Assembly (NCBI RefSeq): GCF_049554935.1
Contig: NZ_CP186926.1
Coordinates: 1,350,294 to 1,414,293 of the forward strand
Origin: Methanocaldococcus indicus
Lineage (GTDB): Archaea; AGJL01; Methanococci; Methanococcales; Methanocaldococcaceae
Reading direction: 5' to 3'
DNA: 64,000 nucleotides
Shown here: one piece after another, positions 20,538-30,497 of the stretch
Numbering within the stretch: the stretch's first letter is position 1
How the letters are laid out: every line of letters starts with the position of its first letter
Made by a program: the position numbers and the translations under genes
Notes under the pieces: model-generated
The model's input: the letters and a program-made list of their open reading frames with translations, nothing else
What the model was told of the DNA's origin: nothing
Databases searched by the model: none

Positions 20538-21165
20538 TTATTCTCTCCTTAATGCTTTTAGCTACTTCTTTTGGATTTTCATTCTGATAGATAGCTCTAC
20601 CAACAATAATATAATCATTATCATCTAAAATATCTATAATATCCTCAATCTTTCCTCCTTGGGCTATAACTCCTGGTGTAATAACTGGTTTTTGAGAAGT
20701 CTCTTTTAATTTTTTTAATCTATCAGGTTTTGTTGCAGGAGCTACAATATAATTAACATTTAATTTTTTAGCTAAAAGAGCTAACTCTTCAGCAATTGGT
20801 TTTAAAAATTGTTCAGCTCCATTATGACTCATTTCAGTAACTAAAATAACCTTTTTGTCTTTGGCAGTGTTTAACACTGCTTTAACTGATTCTTCACCAA
20901 CAAATCCATGGACAATAATTCCATCAGCATACTTTAATGTTATTTTAGCTATTTTTTCATTTGTTGAAGGTATATCTGCAACTTTAAAATCAGCTATAAC
21001 TTCTTTATTGTATCTTTCTTTAATTTCTTTTATTATCTTTATTCCATAAGGCAAAACTAATGGATATCCTACTTTTATAGCATCTATATAGTCAATAACT
21101 TCATCCAATATTTTAAAAGCTCTTTCTTTATCTTCAACATCTAAGGCAAGCATAAGCTTTGGCAT
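20515..21165 (-). CDS. pyrF: Orotidine 5'-phosphate decarboxylase
   Basis: LALD, IKVG, DFKVADIPST, TPGV.AQGG and VGRAIY motifs. Confidence 0.96.
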   Translation of the reverse strand: MPKLMLALDVEDKERAFKILDEVIDYIDAIKVGYPLVLPYGIKIIKEIKERYNKEVIADFKVADIPSTNEKIAKITLKYADGIIVHGFVGEESVKAVLNTAKDKKVILVTEMSHNGAEQFLKPIAEELALLAKKLNVNYIVAPATKPDRLKKLKETSQKPVITPGVIAQGGKIEDIIDILDDNDYIIVGRAIYQNENPKEVAKSIKERINANKNIN

Positions 21166-21810
21166 CTATTCCACCTTTTCAATAACTAAAATAATAAAAT
21201 TTCCTCTTTTAGAGAATTTAGATAATAATTTATCAATTCTCTTCCAAAATTTAAAAATCATTTTTAAGTTAGGGAATATCTTAAATATAGGAGGAAAAAA
21301 ATAAAAGCTTTTTTTATATATTATTTTGTATCCTTTAAAATCTTCTATTGATAAAGGTTTATGAAATATATCAAAATTAAAAAATATCTCTTCTTTAAAT
21401 AAGCAATCTTTATTCATAAAAACAATTATTGCCTTCCCTCCTCTTTTTAAAACTCTATATATTTCCTTAAATCCCTCTATTCCAATATGTTCTAAAACAT
21501 TTATACATAAAACTGTGTCAAAAACATTATCTTTAAAAGGTAAATATAATAGGTTACCTACAACTTTTTTATCTCCTTTATGTTTCTTTAACAAATTTAA
21601 AGATATATCTAAATATATAGTATCATAATCTTTCAGTATATTATAAAATCTTCCAAATCCAGAGCCTGCATCTAACACAAACCCAGAGATTTTATCTTTA
21701 ATCTCTTCTTCAATTAATGTATCTGCAAAATCTATAATATCTTTCATATATTTGGGTAGTTTATTAACATCCCAATGGTCATAAAATTGTTTTATTTCTT
21801 TTGTTTTCAT
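21166..21810 (-). CDS. Class I SAM-dependent methyltransferase
   Basis: VLDAGSGFG, LPFKDNVFD and RVLKRGG motifs. Confidence 0.9.
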   Translation of the reverse strand: MKTKEIKQFYDHWDVNKLPKYMKDIIDFADTLIEEEIKDKISGFVLDAGSGFGRFYNILKDYDTIYLDISLNLLKKHKGDKKVVGNLLYLPFKDNVFDTVLCINVLEHIGIEGFKEIYRVLKRGGKAIIVFMNKDCLFKEEIFFNFDIFHKPLSIEDFKGYKIIYKKSFYFFPPIFKIFPNLKMIFKFWKRIDKLLSKFSKRGNFIILVIEKVE

Positions 21811-21819
21811 ACTATTCTC

Positions 21820-23841
21820 TTAAATTATTATTCTTGCATCTCCTACAATGCCACAATGGTCAAATACAAACAATGGATTTATCTCAATCTCTTTAATATT
21901 GTTTATTTCAGCTATAACACCAATCTTTATCAAAGTTTCTGCTATAAAGTTTATGTCTTTCTTTTTTTGTCCTCTATATCCTTCTAATATTTTGTAAGAT
22001 TTTAGTTCTTTAATCATGTTTATAGCATAGTTTTTAGATATTGGCAATACTCCTAAGGATATATCTTTTAAAACCTCTACAAATATTCCTCCTAAACCAA
22101 CCATAACTGTATAGCCTAAATCATCTTTCTTAGAGCCTACAATAACCTCAACTTTCTCTCCATCAATATACTCCTCTACAAGAACTCCTTCAATTTTTTT
22201 TCCTTTTGCTCTTTCAATTAATGTTCTATATGCTTCTCTTGGATTTTCTGGATTTATTATTACTCCTCCTATATCACTTTTATGTAAGATTTCAGGAGAT
22301 ACAATTTTCATAACACATTTGTCAAATTTTTTGGCATAAAATTCAGCTTCCTCTTCACTTCTTGCTAAATAACCTTTTGGAACAGGAATATTATATATTG
22401 AGAGTAGTTTTTTTGCTTTATACTCATTAACATCTTTTAATAACTCTCTAATAATATTTTTGTTTTCATCTGTTATTTTTAAGAACTCTTCTTTTACTTT
22501 ATAATAGTAGTTATCATCTTCAATTTTCTTACTGTATTTATAAAGATAAGATAATGCCTTTACACCATTCTCAGGAGTTATATATGATGGATATCCATTC
22601 TTTCTTAAATAGCTCTTAGCTCCTTTTATTGAAATTCCTCCAACAAATGAGGTTATGAGAGGTTTAATATTTAAATCAACTATTTCTTTTGCCACTTCTA
22701 ATGGTTTAGTCATCTTTTGAGGAGTTAGTATAACTAAAAAAGCATCTATATTCTTATCTTTTGATAAAATTTCTATAACTTTTCTATATCTTTCAGGAGT
22801 TGCATCACCTATAATATCTAATGGATTTGAAATATTGGCTGTTTTTGGTAGAACTTCTTTAAGTTTATTTACTGTCTCTTCTGAAAAATTTGGTAATTTT
22901 AAATTATACTTCTCAGTGTAATCAGCTGCTAAAACACCAAATCCCCCTGCATTTGTAATAATAGCAATATTATTTGATTTTAAAGTTGGCTGAGTTGAGA
23001 ATATATGTATTAAATCAATTAACTCCTCAAATGTTTCAGCAATAATAAAATTCAGCTGCTTAAATAATGCTTTATATACTCTATATTCTCCTGCTAAGCT
23101 TCCAGTATGTGATTTAGCTGCTTTCTTACCAACCTCACTTTTTCCAGATTTTAATACAATAATAGGTTTATTTACTTTCTTAGCTATTTCTTTAAAATTT
23201 TTATCTTTTAAACCTTCCAAATATATAGCTATTAGTTTTGTCTCATTATCATTGTTTAGATACTCTAAAAGTTTCCCTTCCAACTCCATAATATTGTTTC
23301 CTAAACTTACAACCTTTGAAACTCCAATATTTAGGAGTGGGCAAATATCTAATATAGCATTTAAAACAGCACCACTCTGTGAGATGATAGCTACATTTCC
23401 TTTTGGAGGATATATATTAGAAAAAGAAGCATTTAGATTGTTGGATGTATTAATAATTCCTAAGCAGTTAGGTCCTACAACAGTTATATTGTATTTCTTA
23501 GCTATTTCTTTTATTTTATTCTCTAACTCATAATTGCCAACTTCTGAAAATCCAGCAGTTATAATAACAACTGCTTTCACTCCCTTTTTCCCACATTCCT
23601 CTAAAACATTAGGAACTACAACATTGGGAGTTACTATAACAGCTAAATCTATATCATCATCAACATCTAAAATTGACTTATAACATTTATATCCTAAAAT
23701 TTCACTATATTTTGGATTTATTGGATATATTTTTCCTTTAAAATCTTTCAAATTGTTTAATATTGAGTATCCTACTTTATTCTCTTTTGGAGTGGCTCCA
23801 ATAATAGCAATTGATTCAGGATAGAATAAGTATTTTATCAT
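21820..23841 (-). CDS. Acetate--CoA ligase (ADP-forming), fused alpha-beta
   Basis: PESIAIIGA, GPNCLG, SQSG, SHTGSLAG, NPLDI and HKSDIGGV motifs. Confidence 0.93.
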   Translation of the reverse strand: MIKYLFYPESIAIIGATPKENKVGYSILNNLKDFKGKIYPINPKYSEILGYKCYKSILDVDDDIDLAVIVTPNVVVPNVLEECGKKGVKAVVIITAGFSEVGNYELENKIKEIAKKYNITVVGPNCLGIINTSNNLNASFSNIYPPKGNVAIISQSGAVLNAILDICPLLNIGVSKVVSLGNNIMELEGKLLEYLNNDNETKLIAIYLEGLKDKNFKEIAKKVNKPIIVLKSGKSEVGKKAAKSHTGSLAGEYRVYKALFKQLNFIIAETFEELIDLIHIFSTQPTLKSNNIAIITNAGGFGVLAADYTEKYNLKLPNFSEETVNKLKEVLPKTANISNPLDIIGDATPERYRKVIEILSKDKNIDAFLVILTPQKMTKPLEVAKEIVDLNIKPLITSFVGGISIKGAKSYLRKNGYPSYITPENGVKALSYLYKYSKKIEDDNYYYKVKEEFLKITDENKNIIRELLKDVNEYKAKKLLSIYNIPVPKGYLARSEEEAEFYAKKFDKCVMKIVSPEILHKSDIGGVIINPENPREAYRTLIERAKGKKIEGVLVEEYIDGEKVEVIVGSKKDDLGYTVMVGLGGIFVEVLKDISLGVLPISKNYAINMIKELKSYKILEGYRGQKKKDINFIAETLIKIGVIAEINNIKEIEINPLFVFDHCGIVGDARIII

Positions 23842-23878
23842 AGTTATCCCTAAATTAGTTTTATAATAAATTTTTTAG

Positions 23879-24514
23879 TTGTTGGTGATAAATATACTTA
23901 TTGAAAAGATTGAAAGATTGAAAAATAGTGAAGTAAAAGAAATTATAGATAAAAGAATCAAAGAGTTTAAAGAGTTTAAAAATAAGGATAATAAAGAGTG
24001 GTTTAAGGAGTTATGTTTTTGCTTATTGACAGCAAACTTTTCAGCTGAAAAATGCATAAAGATTCAAAAAGAGATTGATGATGGTTTTTTAACACTTAGT
24101 AGAGAGGAGTTAGAGAACAAATTAAAAGAGTTAGGCCATAGATACTACAAAAAAAGAGCAGAATACATAGTATTGGCAAGGAGATATAAGAATATAAAAG
24201 ATATAATAACAAGTTTTAGAGATGAAAGAAAGGCAAGAGAATTTTTAGTTAAGAACATAAAAGGTTTAGGTTATAAGGAGAGTTCTCACTTTCTAAGAAA
24301 TGTTGGTTATGATAATGTAGCTATAATAGATAGACACATTTTAAGAGAGCTATATGAAAATAATTATATATTAGAAATACCAAAAACTCTATCTAAGAGA
24401 AAATATTTAGAGATTGAGAAAATTTTAGAAGAAATAGGTAGAGAAGTTAATTTAAACTTAGCAGAGTTAGATTTATATATTTGGTATTTAAGGACTGGAA
24501 AAGTTTTAAAGTGA
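23879..24514 (+). CDS. ogg: 8-oxoguanine DNA glycosylase/AP lyase (Ogg2)
   Basis: ELCFCLLTAN, KGLGYKESSHFLRNVG, IIDRH and terminal GKVLK. Confidence 0.94.
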   Translation: MLVINILIEKIERLKNSEVKEIIDKRIKEFKEFKNKDNKEWFKELCFCLLTANFSAEKCIKIQKEIDDGFLTLSREELENKLKELGHRYYKKRAEYIVLARRYKNIKDIITSFRDERKAREFLVKNIKGLGYKESSHFLRNVGYDNVAIIDRHILRELYENNYILEIPKTLSKRKYLEIEKILEEIGREVNLNLAELDLYIWYLRTGKVLK

Positions 24515-24519
24515 TTTTT

Positions 24520-24927
24520 ATGGGAGATATTGAAAGAATCTCCATAAGCTTTTCAAAATTTTTATTAGAAGAGATTGATAGGCTTATAAATGAAAAGGGA
24601 TATTCAAGTAGAAGTGAATTAATTAGGGATGCTGTAAGAAAAATGATTTTAGAGAATAATACATTAGATAGAGAAGGAATTATAAATGGAATAATTATAG
24701 TTGTTTATTACCCTACCAAAGAGAATTTAGATACTATGAGTAAGTTATATTTTGAGTATCACAATCTTATAAAATCTGTAAATCAAGGATATATAACTAC
24801 ACAATGTGGAAAAAATATGAAAGTTGAGATGTTTATTGTTGAAGGTAAAGGAAAAGAAATAAAGAATTTTTATGAATCAATAAAAAAATTAAACAAAAAG
24901 ATATATGATAAAATAGTAGTATTTTAA
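24520..24927 (+). CDS. NikR-like ribbon-helix-helix regulator lacking the canonical Ni ligands
   Basis: RISISF..GYSSRSELIRDAVR RHH domain plus ACT-like C-domain; ATG 24520 (track start 24481). Confidence 0.85.
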   Translation: MGDIERISISFSKFLLEEIDRLINEKGYSSRSELIRDAVRKMILENNTLDREGIINGIIIVVYYPTKENLDTMSKLYFEYHNLIKSVNQGYITTQCGKNMKVEMFIVEGKGKEIKNFYESIKKLNKKIYDKIVVF

Positions 24928-24948
24928 ATACATAAAATTTTATTTTAA

Positions 24949-26079
24949 GTGGGAATAATTATGTTTGGTAAGTTAAAAGAAAAGTTATTAAATGCTGCAT
25001 CAAAAATAACTGAAAAAATTTATAAAAAAGGAGAAAAACAGGATGAAGAAGAAAAAAAGATTATAGCAAAAGTTGAGGAGAAAAAAGAGAATTTAAAAGT
25101 ACAACCAAAAAAGGAAATTATAGATGAAAAGAAAGAAATAAGCTTTTTTGATAGATTTAAAATAACAAGAACTATAAAAAAAGTTATTAAGAAAGAGGTT
25201 GTTATTTTAGAGGAAGATATTGAAGATATTTTAGAAGAGTTAGAGATTGAACTGTTAGAGGCAGATGTAGCTTTAGAAGTTGTAGAGAGACTATTAGAAG
25301 AGATTAAAAATGAGTTAGTTGGTAAAAAAATATCTGCTGATGATAATGTTGAAGAAATTGTTTTAAATGCTATAAAAAATGCTATAAGAAATATACTCTC
25401 TCAGGAGTATATAGATATTGAGGAAATTATTCAAAAAAATAAAAAATTAGGAAAACCAACAGTTATTGTTTTTGTAGGAATAAATGGAACTGGAAAGACT
25501 ACAACAATAGCAAAATTAGCATATAAATTAAAAAACAAAGGTTATAAAGTAGTTTTAGCTGCAGGAGATACATTCAGAGCAGGGGCTATTGAGCAGTTGG
25601 AGGAACATGCAAAAAGGATTGGAGTGAAAGTTATTAAACATCAACCAGGAGCAGATTCAGCAGCTGTTATATATGATGCTATTCAACATGCAAAGGCAAG
25701 AGGTATAGATGTTGTTTTAGCAGATACAGCTGGAAGACAAGCAACAAACATTAACCTAATGGAAGAAATCAAAAAAGTAGTAAGAGTAACAAAACCAGAT
25801 TTAGTTATATTTGTTGGAGATGCCTTAACTGGAAATGATGCTGTATATCAAGCTAAGGAGTTTGATGAAGCTGTTGGAATAGATGGAGTTATTCTCACTA
25901 AAATAGATGCTGATGCAAAAGGAGGGGCTGCTCTATCTATTGGTTATGCTATTGGAAAACCTATTCTATACTTAGGGGTAGGACAAAGATATGAAGATTT
26001 AATAGAATTTTCTCCAGATATAATAATTAGAAATATATTTGAAGAAACTCAAAAATATTCAACTGAGAGAGAATTTTAA
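24949..26079 (+). CDS. ftsY: SRP receptor FtsY
   Basis: [22 protein letters not shown] and [10 protein letters not shown] motifs. Confidence 0.97.
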   Translation: MGIIMFGKLKEKLLNAASKITEKIYKKGEKQDEEEKKIIAKVEEKKENLKVQPKKEIIDEKKEISFFDRFKITRTIKKVIKKEVVILEEDIEDILEELEIELLEADVALEVVERLLEEIKNELVGKKISADDNVEEIVLNAIKNAIRNILSQEYIDIEEIIQKNKKLGKPTVIVFVGINGTGKTTTIAKLAYKLKNKGYKVVLAAGDTFRAGAIEQLEEHAKRIGVKVIKHQPGADSAAVIYDAIQHAKARGIDVVLADTAGRQATNINLMEEIKKVVRVTKPDLVIFVGDALTGNDAVYQAKEFDEAVGIDGVILTKIDADAKGGAALSIGYAIGKPILYLGVGQRYEDLIEFSPDIIIRNIFEETQKYSTEREF

Positions 26080-26092
26080 ATTTTTTGGGAAA

Positions 26093-26148
26093 GAGGGATG
26101 ATAACACATCGATGTCCTGAGCTATGATGAAACTTTTTTTCTGACCTC
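26093..26148 (+). ncRNA. Box C/D 2'-O-methylation guide sRNA
   Basis: GAGG/CCTC terminal stem; box C ATGATAA 26098-26104; D' CTGA 26117-26120; C' ATGATGA 26124-26130; D CTGA 26141-26144; canonical archaeal length and spacing. Confidence 0.85.
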
Positions 26149-27436
26149 AGAATTTAATCATTTTATAAACTTTCTTAGCTTCTTCATCAACTAAATCTTT
26201 AACTTTTATGTATGAGTCAGATATTGATATTATTGTCTCAGTTGGATATGTCTCTACAAAAATAGAGTATAGCTTAAAGTTTAACTCTCTTTTAAGTTTT
26301 TCTAATTTATCTATAAAGCTTTTTGGAACTTTTGCATATCCATCAGTTATAAGTAGTATATCAGCACTTTTATTCTCTCTCATAATTATCTCAACTGCTT
26401 TATTTAATGGCTCAACAAAATCTGTTCCTCCACCAAAGTAGAGAGAAGCCAACCCCACCAACTCCTTATATGATATCTTCCCAGGAGTTATTTTTTTCAC
26501 ATATCTTACTCCATCATCAAAAGCTATATAGTATATCTCTCTTTTCTCTCTTTTAGCAATTTCAATTAAAGATAAAGCAACAGCCTTACTCCATATCTCT
26601 CTTTCCCCATACATTGAACCACTATGGTCAATTAAAATAATTATTGGCCCTTTCTCATTATTTTCTCTACTTTTTAACTCATAGTTTAAAAGTTTTCTCT
26701 CATAAAATTTTCTTAAAAATTCTAAATATAATATTTCATCAGAAAAATAAGTTATTTCTTTTGGTAGGAGATATTTTAAGTTTCTACCAACTTTTATAGA
26801 ATACACTTCTTCAGGATTATATTGTAATTTATTTTTATATTCTGATATTGCTAACTTCCTTAATCTACCTAATTTTTTAATAATTTCTTTTAAAACTTTG
26901 TTTTTAATAATCTCATCAACAAGATTAAATTTTTCTTCAACAGACAAATATTTTTTATCTCCTTTTCCCCTACCAAACTCTTTAATAGCCTCTAAACCCT
27001 CTATAACCTCAACTATCTCATTTCCTACTTCTTTAATAGTTTCATTTCCCAATTTTTCTAATTCTTCTGGTGAAATTTTTGAAAGAGAAGTTTTATTTAA
27101 CCTATTTAAATTTTTAAAGAATTTGTCTATAAATAAGATTGTTGCTGTTCCTGAGTTTGCAATGTTCAACTCAGTCAATAGCTTAGATTTCTCATATTCA
27201 ATACTACTTATAGCTCCCTTTAAAATATATTTATTTATATTAAATTTTTCTTCTACAAAATCATTAAATTCAACAACATACTTAAAAAAAGTATAAAATG
27301 TATCTTCAATTAATTTCTCATGCAACTCAGAAGAGTAATGTCTTAAAAGCTTTTGAATATACTGGCTGTTCTTTAAAAATACTTCAAAAGCTTTTTTATC
27401 ATAAGCATCAAATTTTATAACATTTTTATTATTCAT
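26147..27436 (-). CDS. VWA domain protein (ViaA-like)
   Basis: MIDAS DHSGSM, GGTDF and LLITDG motifs. Confidence 0.9.
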   Translation of the reverse strand: MNNKNVIKFDAYDKKAFEVFLKNSQYIQKLLRHYSSELHEKLIEDTFYTFFKYVVEFNDFVEEKFNINKYILKGAISSIEYEKSKLLTELNIANSGTATILFIDKFFKNLNRLNKTSLSKISPEELEKLGNETIKEVGNEIVEVIEGLEAIKEFGRGKGDKKYLSVEEKFNLVDEIIKNKVLKEIIKKLGRLRKLAISEYKNKLQYNPEEVYSIKVGRNLKYLLPKEITYFSDEILYLEFLRKFYERKLLNYELKSRENNEKGPIIILIDHSGSMYGEREIWSKAVALSLIEIAKREKREIYYIAFDDGVRYVKKITPGKISYKELVGLASLYFGGGTDFVEPLNKAVEIIMRENKSADILLITDGYAKVPKSFIDKLEKLKRELNFKLYSIFVETYPTETIISISDSYIKVKDLVDEEAKKVYKMIKF

Positions 27437-28571
27437 TTAATTTACCTTTTAGAATATTTTCTATATATTTCTTAAAACCTTCAACTTCTCTAATAACATC
27501 ATCTATTAAGTTGTGTGGTTTTTCATTTTCAATTGCCTTATTTTTAGCATTTTTTAAAGAAAGTAACATACTATTTAACTTTCCTAAAATCTCTAAGCAT
27601 TTTCTATACTCTATTCCTCCTAAACCTAATCTATCTTTATCTATCTTTTTAAACTCACTAACTAAGTTATCTAATATCTCTCTCTGCTCTAATGCAAAGC
27701 CCTCATAATGGTTAGATATCTTAAATACTTCCACAGAAACTTTAAAGAACTCATCTGGCTCATTCCAAAATATATGCCTTAATATATCTAAATCATTTAC
27801 ATCTGCTTTATCCTTCCCATTTAAATAAGCATAACTCTTAACTGCCTTAACTGATTTCTTTAATCTCCTATCTGATATAGTTATACCTTCATTTTCTAAT
27901 GCAAATTTTATATTTATTATATCTTTTTTAATTGATGAGATATCAACTTTTTCAACTTCTTTTTGTAAGTTTTTTAGCTCATCTATTGACATTTTTGTTT
28001 TTGGTTTATATTCCTCACTCAAATCTAACAATTTCATTAAGTCATCAAATGCCTTTATATTCCTTACAACCTTCCTAAATAGGAATCTATCATAGAAAGC
28101 TAAGAGTTCATTCTCTTCAGGAAGTTCATTAGATGCTGAGAACAAACTTATTAATGGAACTTTCTCTATCCTATCTCCATTGTGATATATCCTCTCATTT
28201 ATTATTGTTAATAGTGAGTTTAATATTGAACTATTTGCCTTAAACACTTCATCTAAAAACGCTATCTCGGCTGTCGGTAGATAATTATCTGTTTTCCTTA
28301 CAAACCTATCGTTATCTTTCAATTCTTTAATACTTAAAGGTCCAAATAACTCATCTTCAGTTGTAAATCTTGTTATTAGTTTTTCAAAATATTTAGCGTT
28401 GAAGTGAGAAGAGATAGCTCTAATTAATTGAGATTTAGCAGTTCCTGGATTACCTAAAAAAATAGTGTGCTCACTACATAATAAAGATGTCAATGCTATA
28501 TCTATCTCTTCCCTCCTCTCTATAAAATAGTTATTCAACTCTTCCCTTATCTTTTGTAACATAAATATCAA
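27429..28571 (-). CDS. MoxR-family AAA+ ATPase (RavA-like)
   Basis: [31 protein letters not shown] and ISDRR motifs. Confidence 0.9.
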   Translation of the reverse strand: MIFMLQKIREELNNYFIERREEIDIALTSLLCSEHTIFLGNPGTAKSQLIRAISSHFNAKYFEKLITRFTTEDELFGPLSIKELKDNDRFVRKTDNYLPTAEIAFLDEVFKANSSILNSLLTIINERIYHNGDRIEKVPLISLFSASNELPEENELLAFYDRFLFRKVVRNIKAFDDLMKLLDLSEEYKPKTKMSIDELKNLQKEVEKVDISSIKKDIINIKFALENEGITISDRRLKKSVKAVKSYAYLNGKDKADVNDLDILRHIFWNEPDEFFKVSVEVFKISNHYEGFALEQREILDNLVSEFKKIDKDRLGLGGIEYRKCLEILGKLNSMLLSLKNAKNKAIENEKPHNLIDDVIREVEGFKKYIENILKGKLNE

Positions 28572-29119
28572 CTCTTTTTAAATTTTAAAAATTCTTTAAA
28601 TTTCTCAAATGCTTTTTTTCTATGAGATATTTTACTCTTCTCTTCAACTCCCAACTCTGCAAAAGTTTTATTGTATCCTTTTGGTATAAAAATAGGGTCA
28701 TAACCAAATCCTTCTGTTCCTCTCTCCTCAATAGAAACTTTACCATCAACTTTTCCAATAAATAGCTTTACTCCAAACTCATCACAATAACCTATAACTG
28801 ATTTAAAATAAGCTTCTCTATCATCTACATCTTCTAACAATTTCAAAATTCCTTTATTTCCAATAGTTTCATATACAAATTTTGAGTATGTCCCAGGAAA
28901 ACCTTTTAATGCCTTAACAAAAAAGCCACTATCTTCCACAATAACAGGTTTTTTTAATTTTTCATAAACATATCTTGCTCCAAACTCAGCAACTTCCTCC
29001 AAACTACCCTGTATCTCAGGATACTCTATTTTTATTTGCTCAACTTCAAACTCATCTCCTAAAATAATTTTTGCTTCTTTAACTTTGTTAATATTTCCAG
29101 TTGCAAAGTATATTTTTAT
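28568..29119 (-). CDS. rdgB: XTP/dITP diphosphatase (RdgB/HAM1), with apparent ATA start
   Basis: [12 protein letters not shown] and SHR motifs; the frame extends 39 codons beyond the track start (29002) to ATA-AAA-ATA-TAC-TTT-GCA-ACT-GGA-AAT (xKIYFATGN) behind AGGTGA. Confidence 0.92.
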   Translation of the reverse strand: MKIYFATGNINKVKEAKIILGDEFEVEQIKIEYPEIQGSLEEVAEFGARYVYEKLKKPVIVEDSGFFVKALKGFPGTYSKFVYETIGNKGILKLLEDVDDREAYFKSVIGYCDEFGVKLFIGKVDGKVSIEERGTEGFGYDPIFIPKGYNKTFAELGVEEKSKISHRKKAFEKFKEFLKFKKS

Positions 29120-29149
29120 TTAAATCACCTTTATATAGTGTAGTAGAGA

Positions 29150-29222
29150 TGTCCCCCCAGTTTAACACACTCCCATCATCCAACAGCTTAGCTATGTCAG
29201 GGAGGCTAACCCACTGGGGGGA
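29150..29222 (-). ncRNA. Single-hairpin H/ACA pseudouridylation guide sRNA
   Basis: UCCCCCCAGU/ACUGGGGGGA basal stem, internal loop GGGUUAGC/UGUGUUAA, CUCCC/GGGAG stem, CUGA...AUGAUG K-turn, apical stem, 3' ACA; GC-rich island in an AT-rich genome. Confidence 0.88.
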
Positions 29223-29234
29223 TTATATTATATA

Positions 29235-30461
29235 TTATAATAACTTCTTAAATATAAGCTCATCTTTTTTATAAACAAATGTATTATCTTCAATATCTCT
29301 ATCTATTAAACAACTTGCACCTATCCAGCAGTTGTTTCCTATCTTTACTCCTGGCATAAAAGAAACTTGTATTCCTGTTTTTACATTATCTCCCATAATA
29401 ACTCCTAATTTTCTTACACTCTCAACTCTTTTACCCTTTATATTTACTTTAACTGGTTTGTTATCAAATCTTAAATTTGCAGTTATTGTATTACATCCAA
29501 AATTACAATTCTCTCCTACAATACTATCTCCAACATAAGAGAGATGAGGAATTTTTGAATTTTTCATAATAATTGATGATTTTATTTCTGATGAATTTCC
29601 AACAAATACATTCTCCATTAACACAGTATATTCCCTTATATATGCTAATGGTCCAACAACACATCCTCTTTTTATAATAGCTGGACCATAAATAACAGAG
29701 TTCTCTCTAATAATAGCTCCTTCCTCAACAATAACATTCCCTTTAATAACTACATTCTCTCCAATCTCTCCCTTAATCTCTCTTTTAATCTTAGTTAAAA
29801 AATATTTATTTGCATCTAACAAATCCCAAGGCTTTCCAATATCATTCCAATAACCATTTAAAATATATCCTTTGACTTTTTCCTCTTTTATTAAGATTTT
29901 TATAGCATCTGTTAGCTCTTTCTCTCCTCTTTTTGAAATATTTATTTTTTCTAAAATCTCAAAAATCTTTTTATCAAGTTTATAAATTCCTGCATTTATT
30001 AAGTTTGATTTAGGATGTTCGGGTTTTTCTTCTATATCAACAATAAAATTGTTATTATCTAACTCAACTACCCCATAATCTTTGGGATTATTTACTTCTT
30101 TTAGAGCTATTACATATTTATATTTAAATATATCTTTTAAATCATCTTCAAAAGCAATATCTCCATTTATAACTAAAAATTCATCATCAACATAATCCTT
30201 AGCTGTTAAAACAGCTTCTCCTGTACCATCAATTTCTCCTTGCTCTAAAAAAGTGATTTTAGGATGCTCTCTAAAATATTCTATTATCTTATCTTTATTG
30301 TATTTAACAACAATATATATATTATCTACATAATTCTCTATTTTTTCAACTATATGCTGTAAAATAGGTTTTCCAGCTATTGGTAAAAGTGGTTTAGGCC
30401 TATTAACAGTTAAAGGTCTTAATCTTTCCCCTTTCCCTGCTGCTAATATGATAGCATCCAT
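29235..30461 (-). CDS. glmU: Bifunctional sugar-1-phosphate nucleotidylyltransferase/acetyltransferase GlmU
   Basis: LAAGKGERLRPLT..RPKP motif, left-handed beta-helix repeats, PHLSYVGDS. Confidence 0.92.
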   Translation of the reverse strand: MDAIILAAGKGERLRPLTVNRPKPLLPIAGKPILQHIVEKIENYVDNIYIVVKYNKDKIIEYFREHPKITFLEQGEIDGTGEAVLTAKDYVDDEFLVINGDIAFEDDLKDIFKYKYVIALKEVNNPKDYGVVELDNNNFIVDIEEKPEHPKSNLINAGIYKLDKKIFEILEKINISKRGEKELTDAIKILIKEEKVKGYILNGYWNDIGKPWDLLDANKYFLTKIKREIKGEIGENVVIKGNVIVEEGAIIRENSVIYGPAIIKRGCVVGPLAYIREYTVLMENVFVGNSSEIKSSIIMKNSKIPHLSYVGDSIVGENCNFGCNTITANLRFDNKPVKVNIKGKRVESVRKLGVIMGDNVKTGIQVSFMPGVKIGNNCWIGASCLIDRDIEDNTFVYKKDELIFKKLL

Positions 30462-30497
30462 AGTTCCACATAAAAAAATAGTTAGAATTAGAAATAA

